Origin: an uncultured delta proteobacterium
GTDB taxonomy: Bacteria > Desulfobacterota > Desulfobacteria > Desulfobacterales > B30-G6
Assembly (NCBI GenBank): GCA_963823335.1
Contig: CAWGLD010000008.1
Span: 32,001-96,000 of the forward strand
DNA length: 64,000 nt
Direction: 5' to 3'
Both the position numbers and the translations under genes were made by a program. The notes beneath the pieces are model-generated. The model was given only the letters and a program-made list of their open reading frames with translations, ran no database searches and had not been told where the DNA came from. Positions 9,785 to 18,436 of the stretch are shown here, piece after piece. Within the stretch, counting starts at the first letter, position 1; each line of letters starts with the position of its first letter.

Positions 9785-10729
9785 GTGCCGCAAACCTTTA
9801 CCAGGGAGATATCCAGAGATGTACTGACCGGTGTGCTGATAACAATGGCCATCATCACCGTGTCCGTGTATATGCCGATCATCGGTTTTTTCTGTTCCCT
9901 GCTTCTCCCGCTCCCGGTTCTGTTCTATCGCTCCAAGCTGGGCCGCAAGACCGGCCTCATTATACCGGGAGCTGCCATGACCATACTGGTGGTTATGGCG
10001 GGGGGTATTTCCATCGATGTGGTTTTCTTTCTGGAAATGCTTTTGCTGGGCTTTTTGCTGAGTGAACTTTTTGAAATGAACCTTTCGGTTGAAAAGACCG
10101 TTCTGTACTCATGCGGGGGGGTCCTGCTGACAGGTGTTGTGGGGCTGGTGCTATACAGCAACATGTCGGCCACCAGTATTTACAGTCTTGTTTCGGCGTA
10201 TATTGCCCAGAATCTTGAAATGACGGTGGCGCTCTACCGCAGCATGGGAGCCTCGGAAGAGTTTATCCGCAAGTTTTCGGTCTCGCTGGACCAGATACAA
10301 TATGGCCTGATTCGTATTATCCCGGCCATGGTGACAGCATCGTTCTTGATGGTAACATGGTCCAACCTGCTCATGGCCCGACCGCTATTAAAACGATGGG
10401 GCCTGTTTTTCCCGGCATTTGGTGCGCTGAACCTGTGGAAAGCCCCTGATTATCTTGTGTGGGTCTTGATCGGCTGTGGTGGGTCTCTCATGCTGCCGGG
10501 CAGCACGCTCAAAATCATCGGCATCAATGTCCTGCTGGTGCTGTTGATGATCTATTTTTTTCAAGGGATTGCCATTGTATCTTTTTTCTTTGAAAAAAAG
10601 CATTTTCCCAGGTTGCTGCGGATTTTTTTCTACAGCCTGATCGCCATTCAGCAGATCATTCTGCTGGTTGTCATCGGCCTGGGTGTTTTCGATATGTGGC
10701 TCAATTTCAGAAAGATAAAATCGCAGTAG
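9785..10729 (+). CDS. DUF2232 (YybS-family) membrane protein
   Basis: Polytopic; YFFQG..V and GLGVFDMWLNFRK motifs; conserved position between rpsR and rplI. Confidence 0.85.
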   Translation: MPQTFTREISRDVLTGVLITMAIITVSVYMPIIGFFCSLLLPLPVLFYRSKLGRKTGLIIPGAAMTILVVMAGGISIDVVFFLEMLLLGFLLSELFEMNLSVEKTVLYSCGGVLLTGVVGLVLYSNMSATSIYSLVSAYIAQNLEMTVALYRSMGASEEFIRKFSVSLDQIQYGLIRIIPAMVTASFLMVTWSNLLMARPLLKRWGLFFPAFGALNLWKAPDYLVWVLIGCGGSLMLPGSTLKIIGINVLLVLLMIYFFQGIAIVSFFFEKKHFPRLLRIFFYSLIAIQQIILLVVIGLGVFDMWLNFRKIKSQ

Positions 10730-10916
10730 CGATTTTATCTTAGGCGACGTTGTCGCTTTTGATGCGCAGTAATTTTGTTCTTATAAAGAAATGTAATCAA
10801 TTTTAGTTTGTTCCACGCTATTTTGATCAACGGGTGGTTTTCCTGATAAACAGCCTGGAATAATCAAACATAAAAATAAAAATTGAAAATCAATTTTTAT
10901 TTTTGGAGGTTAGCAC

Positions 10917-11360
10917 ATGAAAGTTATTTTAAAAGAAACCATTGATTCTCTGGGCATTATCGGAAGCGAAGTGAAGGTTGCCAAGGGTTTTGCGCGTAAC
11001 TACCTGCTTCCACAAGAAAAAGCAGTTCTATCCACGCCCCAGAACCGGCGTATGCTGGAACAGCAAAAAGCCAAATTCGATCTGCAGATCGCCAAGGAAA
11101 AGAAGATCGCAGAGGAAATGGCGGCCAGCCTGGAGGGTGTAACCTGTAAAATCGTCGCCAAGGTCAGCGAAGAGGACCGTCTTTACGGCTCTATCACGGT
11201 GCGAGACGTGGTCAAGGCGCTTGCAGATGTGGGCGTTACGGTGGAAAAACGCATGGTTCTCCTGAGCGAACCCATCAAGACCACCGGGACGCACCTGATT
11301 CCCATCCGGGTGTATAAAGAAGTGGAACCGGAAATTACGCTGGAAGTCGTGCCCGAATAG
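10917..11360 (+). CDS. rplI: 50S ribosomal protein L9
   Basis: MKVIL...VAKGFARNYLLP; LYGSIT; PIKTTG. Confidence 0.97.
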   Translation: MKVILKETIDSLGIIGSEVKVAKGFARNYLLPQEKAVLSTPQNRRMLEQQKAKFDLQIAKEKKIAEEMAASLEGVTCKIVAKVSEEDRLYGSITVRDVVKALADVGVTVEKRMVLLSEPIKTTGTHLIPIRVYKEVEPEITLEVVPE

Positions 11361-11421
11361 ATATTTCAGGACGCGCCTGACATATCTATTTGACGCGACT
11401 TCGTCGCTTATTTAGCTAGAG

Positions 11422-11522
11422 GTAATAAGCGGTAAGCTTAAGCTATGTATGGCCTTTTGGCATTATAGCCTTTGGCCGGTAAGCAGATAATCGCTTATAG
11501 CTTAAAGCTTACCGCTTATTGC
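11422..11522. repeat. Inverted pair of TAAGC-heptamer arrays
   Basis: GTAATAAGCGGTAAGCTTAAGCTAT ... ATAGCTTAAAGCTTACCGCTTATTGC; similar tracts at ~13021, 44224, 49172, 52082, 53057 and 61765. Confidence 0.65.
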
Positions 11523-11667
11523 GTTTTGATTTCTTGATTTCACCTGAACAGGTGTGTTATCTTTCGATCTGAAAACGTCACATAGCGGATCTATCCGGCT
11601 TGTCAACTACCATGGAAGATTCATGATAAAATCGTAAACCGATTTTAGAACGGCACCCAGACCCAGT

Positions 11668-13023
11668 ATGGCCAATAACGCATCCATCCACACCATTCCA
11701 CCCCAGAATCTGGAGGCGGAAGAGTCCCTTCTCAGTGCCGTTATGCTGGACAACAGCACCCTGTACGATGTCCTTGAACGCTTGATTCCGGAAGACTTCT
11801 ATCGCTCGGCGCATCAGAAGATATTTGCGGGCATCATCGATCTCTTTCAAAAAAATGAACCCATCGACCTGGTGACCCTTACCAACCTTCTCAAGGAAAA
11901 GGGGGATCTCGAGGCCATCGGTGGTGCCACCTATCTGGCAAAGCTCGTGGACACGGCACCTGTGGCCGTGAACGCCCAGCACTATGCCAAAATAATCCAC
12001 GACAAATCCTCACTGAGGCAACTGATACAAAAGGCCAACGCCATCTCCAAGCGCTGCTACGAAGACCGGGGCGATGTGGAAGACATGATCGACTTTGCCG
12101 AGAAGGCTGTTTTTGAAATATCCGGCAACGAAAACCGGCAGTCTTTCTACTCCCTGTCATCCCTGGTCCAGAAAAATATCGACGCCCTCGAGGAACGGCA
12201 AGGCAACAAATCACTCATTACCGGTGTACCCACCGGCTACAGCCGTCTCGACAACCTCACATCCGGGCTCCAGAATTCGGATCTTGTCATTCTGGCCGGG
12301 CGGCCCAGCATGGGAAAAACCGCCCTGGCCCTTAACATCGCCAGGAATGTTGCCGTGGACGCCAATATACCCGTGGCGGTATTCTCCATCGAAATGTCAC
12401 GGGAACAGCTGTCCATGCGTCTGCTGTGCTCGGAGGCGCGTATCGACTCATCCCGCCTGCGCAGCGGCTTCTTCAGCAGGGAGGACTGGGTCAACCTGAC
12501 CAGCGCTGCCGAAGTTCTTTCCGAAGCCCCCGTTTATATCGATGATTCGCCCGACATATCCGCCATGGGCATACGCGCCAAAGCCCGGCGGCTCAAAATG
12601 GACAAGAACATCGGCCTCATTATCATTGATTACCTGCAACTCATGAAGTCGAGCTCATCGTCTGAAAGAAGAGACCTCGAAATATCGGAAATGTCCAGAA
12701 GCCTGAAGGCGCTTGCCAAGGAACTGAACATCCCGGTCATGGCCCTGTCCCAGTTAAACCGGAAACTCGAGGAGCGCCAGGACAAAAGGCCCCAACTGTC
12801 AGATCTCAGGGAGTCCGGAGCCCTGGAACAGGATGCCGATGTGGTGGCATTCATCTACCGGGACGAAGTCTACAACCGGGATGAAAACAACCCCAGCAAA
12901 GGGACGGCAGAGTTATTGCTCAAAAAACAGCGCAACGGCCCCACCGGCGAGATCAAACTGGCATTTTTGAACACCTACACGCGCTTTGAAAACCTGGCGG
13001 AGGATAAGTACATCAAGCAGTAA
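11668..13023 (+). CDS. dnaB: Replicative DNA helicase
   Basis: PPQNLEAE, AGRPSMGKT, IIDYLQLM, SQLNR, SDLRESGALEQDAD, KQRNGPTG; no intein. Confidence 0.98.
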   Translation: MANNASIHTIPPQNLEAEESLLSAVMLDNSTLYDVLERLIPEDFYRSAHQKIFAGIIDLFQKNEPIDLVTLTNLLKEKGDLEAIGGATYLAKLVDTAPVAVNAQHYAKIIHDKSSLRQLIQKANAISKRCYEDRGDVEDMIDFAEKAVFEISGNENRQSFYSLSSLVQKNIDALEERQGNKSLITGVPTGYSRLDNLTSGLQNSDLVILAGRPSMGKTALALNIARNVAVDANIPVAVFSIEMSREQLSMRLLCSEARIDSSRLRSGFFSREDWVNLTSAAEVLSEAPVYIDDSPDISAMGIRAKARRLKMDKNIGLIIIDYLQLMKSSSSSERRDLEISEMSRSLKALAKELNIPVMALSQLNRKLEERQDKRPQLSDLRESGALEQDADVVAFIYRDEVYNRDENNPSKGTAELLLKKQRNGPTGEIKLAFLNTYTRFENLAEDKYIKQ

Positions 13024-13127
13024 GCGATAAGCTGTAAGCTGCTTATGGCTCACAGCTTACAGCTAAAGAGTAACCACATGTCTCCCATTCCCCAACAAAT
13101 TTTGAAAACCATCCCATCGTATGCCAT

Positions 13128-14750
13128 ATGAAAAAGATAATTGGTAACACCAAAGGGCTCAAGACCAGCCAGATACACATGATAGAAAACCTCTATCGCC
13201 GAAAAATTCCACCGGAATTCATTATCACGCCGGAACTGGCCCGGGACATCAGCCGCCTGTCCCTCGACATCAATCGACAGATCGGGCTTCTCATCGATCG
13301 CAAGGGCAGAATTCCCTACGTGATTGTGGGCAATCACAATGAAATCGTGATTCCCGACACGCCTGAATACCGATCCGCACCCGGACGCCTGCGGGGTATC
13401 CGCTGCGTTCACACGCATCTGGATAGCGAACCATTGACCACCGACGACATAACAGACCTTGCCCTGCTGCGTCTTGATCTTATGGCAGTGATACAAGTCG
13501 GTAGAGACGGTCTCCCAAAACAGGTTCTCATGAGCCACATCCTGCCTGAAAATGCAGGTGAACCCACCACAATTCCTGTACCCTTGGCTCCCGGAAAGAC
13601 GGATATCGGATGTGTGCAGCTGATTCAGTCTATCGAGGAAGAGCTTTCCGGCATCACCCCCCTGCGCGCAGGGGGCAAGCATGCAGATCGGGCCCTTCTC
13701 ATCAGCGTCTCCACAGCGTCCAAACAGGATGCCAGCGATTCTCTGGACGAACTTTTGGAACTGGTGTCCTCGAGCGGTATCCAGACCGTTGGCAGTATCC
13801 TGCAGCATCGTCGGAAAATAGACAGTCGCTTTTTGATAGGATCGGGAAAACTGAAAAGTCTTGTTATTACGGCCCTCCAGAAAGGCGCCACACTGCTTGT
13901 TTTCGATCAGGAGCTCAATCCGTCTCAAATCCGCTCCATTACCGACCAGGTTGATATCAAAGTCATCGATCGAACCCAGCTGATCCTCGACATTTTTGCA
14001 CAGAGAGCCCAGACCCGTGAGGGCAAGCTCCAGGTGGAGCTGGCCCAGCTCAAATACCTGCTGCCGAGACTGATTACCAAAAATACAGCCATGTCACGCC
14101 TGACCGGTGGTATCGGCGGGAGAGGTCCCGGCGAAACAAAACTGGAAATCAACCGCAGACGCACACGGGACAAAATCGTTCAGTTGGAAAACTCCCTGCT
14201 GAAAGTCAGAAAACAACGGCAGCAGCAAAAAGCCAAACGCGCCAAGAAGGCCCTGCCGATCATTTCCATCATCGGCTACACCAACGCCGGGAAATCTACC
14301 CTTCTCAATACCCTCACGCACAGTCATGTCCTGGCGGAGAAACGACTTTTTGCCACCCTGGACCCATCCAGCCGGCGTCTCAGATTTCCCCGGGACACCG
14401 AGGTTATCATCACCGACACGGTGGGATTCATCAAAAACCTGCCTGAAGACCTGCTGGTCGCTTTCAGAGCCACCCTGGAAGAGCTCGAGAGTGCCGACAT
14501 CCTGCTGCACGTAATCGACATGAGCAACCCCCGGCACCCGGAACAGATTGAATCCGTGGAAAATCTCCTGGCAGACCTGACGTTGCAGCAGATCCCCATG
14601 ATACGGGTGCTGAACAAACAGGACCTGGTGCCTGTGCAGGAACGGAATCGATTATGCCGGATATACGACGGTCTTTCTGTTTCTGCCCGGGAAGCCGCCA
14701 GCCTGAGACCATTGATCGACAAGCTCGAGGGGATGATGGAAAGGGCTTGA
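13128..14750 (+). CDS. hflX: GTPase HflX (long form)
   Basis: GYTNAGKST, LFATLDP, DTVGF, NKQD and GRGPGET motifs; ~190-aa N-terminal extension. Confidence 0.95.
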   Translation: MKKIIGNTKGLKTSQIHMIENLYRRKIPPEFIITPELARDISRLSLDINRQIGLLIDRKGRIPYVIVGNHNEIVIPDTPEYRSAPGRLRGIRCVHTHLDSEPLTTDDITDLALLRLDLMAVIQVGRDGLPKQVLMSHILPENAGEPTTIPVPLAPGKTDIGCVQLIQSIEEELSGITPLRAGGKHADRALLISVSTASKQDASDSLDELLELVSSSGIQTVGSILQHRRKIDSRFLIGSGKLKSLVITALQKGATLLVFDQELNPSQIRSITDQVDIKVIDRTQLILDIFAQRAQTREGKLQVELAQLKYLLPRLITKNTAMSRLTGGIGGRGPGETKLEINRRRTRDKIVQLENSLLKVRKQRQQQKAKRAKKALPIISIIGYTNAGKSTLLNTLTHSHVLAEKRLFATLDPSSRRLRFPRDTEVIITDTVGFIKNLPEDLLVAFRATLEELESADILLHVIDMSNPRHPEQIESVENLLADLTLQQIPMIRVLNKQDLVPVQERNRLCRIYDGLSVSAREAASLRPLIDKLEGMMERA

Positions 14751-14863
14751 GGGTTGAGAGGGTGGAGGGTGGAGGGGTGGAGGGTTGAAGGGTTGGAGGG
14801 GTGAAGGGGTGGAGGGTTGGAGGGTTGAAGGGGTGGAGGGGGAAGGGGTGAAGGGTGAGGGGG
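14748..14863 (+). repeat. G-rich 7-8-nt tandem array, about 15 GGG tracts
   Basis: (GAGGGTTG / GAGGGGTG / GAAGGGTTG)n starting at the hflX stop; a complementary C-rich array follows at 14978-15050. Confidence 0.85.
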
Positions 14864-15093
14864 TCTTTTAGCTTATGACCCATGGCAAGCGACAGGATAG
14901 CTAACATGCGCTGACAGAAAAAAATGCAGTTCACGAGTATTTCCAGCATATGGCCGAAGACTCTGAACTAAGGGCTTACCCTCCGACCCTCCAACCCTCC
15001 AACCCTTGTATCACCCTCCAACCCTCCGACCCTCTCTCCAACCCTCCTTCCCAAAAGCCCCCATGAAATATTTCCACCCAAGAAAAAATGTGG

Positions 15094-15121
15094 TTGACAT
15101 CCTCCTCAGATCACCTATAAC
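15094..15121 (+). promoter_or_regulatory. Putative sigma70 promoter of suhB
   Basis: TTGACA at 15094-99, 16-nt spacer, TATAAC at 15116-21, about 10 nt before ATG 15132. Confidence 0.5.
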
Positions 15122-15131
15122 GGTCTCACCT

Positions 15132-15905
15132 ATGGAAATGGACTACATCAAACGCATCGGTATCAAGGCGGCCTTTGAAAGCGGCAAGATCTTGAAATCT
15201 TATTTCGGCAACATTTCCGATGTCCGCAAAAAAGGTCTCGTGGATCTTGTCACCGAGGCCGATACCGCATCGGAAAAGATCATCATCGAAATTATACGTA
15301 AAACCTTTCCCGAACACTCGATCCTGGCAGAGGAAAGCGGTCTGAATCAGAAAGACGTGGATCACCAGTGGATCATAGACCCCCTGGACGGTACAGTCAA
15401 TTTTGCCCACCAGCTGCCGATTTTTTCGATTTCAATTGCCTATGCATTCAAGGGAACACCGGTCATGGGGATCGTCCTCAATCCGGTCACAGGAGAACTT
15501 TTCTCGGCCGTTGCCGGTGAAGGAGCCTTCCTGAATAACCGTCGCATACAGGTTTCCAGCACCCGGGTCATGCAAGAAAGCCTGCTTGCCACGGGTTTCC
15601 CCTATGATCTCTTGTCGATATTCGATACCATCACAGGCCGGCTGGAAAAATGTCTGAGAGCTGCTCAGGGTATCCGCAGACTGGGATCCGCTGCTATCGA
15701 TATCTGCGCCTTGGCATGTGGTCGTTTCGATGGTTTTTGGGAACAGAATCTCCACCCGTGGGATACGGCTGCAGCCGTGCTGATCGCGTCAGAAGCGGGA
15801 GCGGTCGTGACCGATTTCGCCAACAATCCATTTACCATCGACAAAAAGGAAATCCTGGCCACCAACGGAAAGATACATGCTGAGATGTTGTCATTACTCA
15901 ACTAA
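15132..15905 (+). CDS. suhB: Inositol monophosphatase family protein
   Basis: DLVTEAD, WIIDPLDGT.NF, RRLGSAA and WDTAA motifs; the longer ORF start runs through repeat and promoter DNA. Confidence 0.9.
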   Translation: MEMDYIKRIGIKAAFESGKILKSYFGNISDVRKKGLVDLVTEADTASEKIIIEIIRKTFPEHSILAEESGLNQKDVDHQWIIDPLDGTVNFAHQLPIFSISIAYAFKGTPVMGIVLNPVTGELFSAVAGEGAFLNNRRIQVSSTRVMQESLLATGFPYDLLSIFDTITGRLEKCLRAAQGIRRLGSAAIDICALACGRFDGFWEQNLHPWDTAAAVLIASEAGAVVTDFANNPFTIDKKEILATNGKIHAEMLSLLN

Positions 15906-15962
15906 ATTCGTTCACGAATTTCGTTGATGCGACAATGCCGCTTACAAGAACGAAAGGTTAAA

Positions 15963-16157
15963 ATGGAAAAAATAATTACGGAAACAGAGTTGCTGGACGA
16001 TCAGGTGGGATGTATTGGTGATTACGATGCCGCCGATGATGTTTGTGCTAAATGTGCACTGAAGCTGCGCTGTCTGATCGAATACCACCAGAATGTACGT
16101 ATGGAATTCATCGAGGACATCGTTGCATCCAACAGCACGTTCATCAAGATCCAATAA
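15963..16157 (+). CDS. Small four-cysteine hypothetical protein (64 aa)
   Basis: ATG after GAAAGG; C-x10-CxxC-x5-C; followed by a terminator. Confidence 0.6.
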   Translation: MEKIITETELLDDQVGCIGDYDAADDVCAKCALKLRCLIEYHQNVRMEFIEDIVASNSTFIKIQ

Positions 16158-16214
16158 TAAAAGTGCGACGCACTTTTATCTGACGCGGCGTTGCCGCTTT
16201 TGACATATAAAAAC

Positions 16215-16248
16215 CAAAACCCCGACGGAATCCGTTGGGGTTTTTTTT
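16215..16248 (+). terminator. Rho-independent terminator
   Basis: AAAACCCCGACGGA-a-TCCGTTGGGGTTTTTTTT. Confidence 0.75.
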
Positions 16249-16277
16249 ACTAACATATCGCTCAGCAATATTAATTA

Positions 16278-16426
16278 CCCCACGTTTCTCATCGGTTTGA
16301 TGCGTTCATTTGGAAGGCATCCGAGGTGAAGCCGTATAAGCATACTGCGATGCTCGGATAACACACCAAATGGGCGCATCAAACTGACCCGAAGGGTGAA
16401 AATACATTTTCATGAGAAATGTGGGT
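16278..16426. mobile_element. TA-flanked MITE-like hairpin at the stop codon of the dnaA-like gene
   Basis: TA|CCCCACGTTTCTCAT ... ATGAGAAATGTGGGT|TA; inner IR GTTTGATGCGTTCATTTGG / CCAAATGGGCGCATCAAAC. Confidence 0.7.
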
Positions 16427-17769
16427 TAGAAGTCGCCCGACTCGAGCTTCTTGCTGAGAATCTTCACATGCTGCTTGAGGGGGGCGTTCTGCTTTAACTC
16501 GCGTTCAACACATCCGATGGCGTGCAGCGCGGTGGCGTGATAACGGTTGAAACTCTTTCCGATGGCCTGCAAGGGCTGGTCCGTGTAGCGTCTGGCAAGA
16601 TAAATGGCCACCTGCCTCGGTTTGAGAACACGCTGTTTTCGCGACCGGGACACCAGATCATTCTGGTCCACCTTATACTGTTCACAAACGAGTTTTTTGA
16701 TGACCGCCACGGTAATGGTTTTGCGCTGTCGAACAATATTCTTGACCACACTCTCTGCCAGGTTCAAATCGATACCCATGCCCAGCAACGATGATTTAGC
16801 CACCACACCGATGAGACCGCTTTCCAGCTGCCGGACGTTCTCGGCCAGCACATCTGCCAGATAGTGCAAAACTTCCAGGGGTATTTTACAGCCGTTTGCT
16901 GCCGATTTTTTCTTGAGAATCTTCACCCGTGTCTTGTATTCCGGGGTTTCTATATTAGAAATGAGGCCGTAACCAAGCCGGGAGCGCAATTTTTCATCCA
17001 GCTTCGGTATGTCACCCGGCAGGTAACAGCTCGAAAATATAATTTTTTTATCCGCTTCAAACAGCGTGTCCAAAACCAGCGCCAGCTCCTGTTGGGTCCT
17101 GCCCTTGCCGCTCAGGTAGTGAACGTCCTCCATTAGTAAAACATCACACTGATTCTGGTACTTCTCTTTGAATTTTCCAATGGAGTTGTTTTGAAATGAG
17201 TAGGTCATCTCATTGGTGAAATCCTCGGCAGTGATATAAAACACCCTCTCCTTGGGAAATTGTGACAGGATATGATGCCCCACAGCCTGGGAAAGATGGC
17301 TTTTCCCATTGCCGGTCTTGGACAGAAGAAACACGGAGTTCTGTTGGCTCGATTTCTTGGATGCCAGAGAAAGCGCTGCTGAATAGGCCAAACCATTATT
17401 CTTTCCAACGACAAACTGGTCAAAGGTAAAGTTCTCCCGCAGCATTCGGCCACTGTATGTTTTCGAATGGATGCTTGGAAGCAGCATCTGGTGTTGCGCC
17501 GGCAATGCGCCTGCCAAGGCTCTTTTGGCCTGTTTGTGCACATCCAGAAAGACTTTGCACGACTTTCCCAGTACGCGGTTCATTTCGGTTTCCATCAAAC
17601 CCACATAGTTAGTGAGAATCCGTTTTCGATAAAACTGGTTAGGGCAGGACAGAAACAGGCCCTCTTCGGTAGATTTGTCGAATTCGATGGGTTCGATCCA
17701 CATGTTATAACAATGATCGGGAATTTGTTCCTTGATGGCAGATTTTATCTCGTTCCAGACAGCTTCCAT
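16426..17769 (-). CDS. dnaA: DnaA-family protein, divergent (probable paralog)
   Basis: Full four-domain layout (FTFDQFVVGKNN, TGNGKSHL, RLGYGL, NVRQLE, PRQVAIYLAR) but non-canonical motifs and no dnaN next to it. Confidence 0.85.
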   Translation of the reverse strand: MEAVWNEIKSAIKEQIPDHCYNMWIEPIEFDKSTEEGLFLSCPNQFYRKRILTNYVGLMETEMNRVLGKSCKVFLDVHKQAKRALAGALPAQHQMLLPSIHSKTYSGRMLRENFTFDQFVVGKNNGLAYSAALSLASKKSSQQNSVFLLSKTGNGKSHLSQAVGHHILSQFPKERVFYITAEDFTNEMTYSFQNNSIGKFKEKYQNQCDVLLMEDVHYLSGKGRTQQELALVLDTLFEADKKIIFSSCYLPGDIPKLDEKLRSRLGYGLISNIETPEYKTRVKILKKKSAANGCKIPLEVLHYLADVLAENVRQLESGLIGVVAKSSLLGMGIDLNLAESVVKNIVRQRKTITVAVIKKLVCEQYKVDQNDLVSRSRKQRVLKPRQVAIYLARRYTDQPLQAIGKSFNRYHATALHAIGCVERELKQNAPLKQHVKILSKKLESGDF

Positions 17770-18436
17770 AAATACCAGTTTTCCAGCAGATTCGCTTGTG
17801 TAATATATTGATTTGTTCAGGGATTAATAAAAAAGATAAATCAACGAAATTAATCTTATTTTTGAATTAATACCGAATAAGATCGATATCATCAATCGTT
17901 GAATGTTTTTTAAGGTACCGCGCAGCGATTGTCAAACCGAATGAAGGCGAATCGCATAATAGCCTTACCAGAAAATTTTTTTAGATTATATCTATTTGAT
18001 ATTAAAATATATTATGATATAGAGCCTGTCAGTTCCCTGATCTATGGCGCTTTGTATTTGCAATATTTCTTTAAGTATTTTAGGCATATCCGGAGTTATG
18101 AACAATTCTTCAACAATCCTGATTACTCCTATTTACATTTAATATCTTCTATTTTCTCTTATTTTTAAATTAATTTTCGCCCGAATTTCAGCACCGGAAA
18201 ACCGTTTGACACCTACCGGACAAAAGCTCAATCATTTCATGGCGCTATCAAAATATATGCATTTTAGGAAATTATAAGGTGTAACTTCGTCACTTTTTTG
18301 GGCCTCATTTTTTCATTATTTTGATGGCCAAGCAATCTGTTTCCGCCTGTTTTCAGGCCTATGATTTTGTCGGCGAATCTAGTATAGATAAATTCGTTTT
18401 ACAAATTTATATGAAAACACAATTTCAAAACAGCTT

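Noticed and set aside
14464-14949. Minus-strand ORF with PPTLHPF repeats
   Set aside because: It is a translation of the G-rich tandem array overlapping hflX antisense.
17929-18168. 79-aa ORF in the dnaA-uvrA gap
   Set aside because: TTG start, no RBS, and an F/Y/I-rich composition expected from AT-rich non-coding DNA.
17770-18436. oriC next to dnaA
   Set aside because: AT-rich, but I found no cluster of TTATCCACA boxes, no dnaN, and the DnaA is atypical; not supportable from sequence alone.
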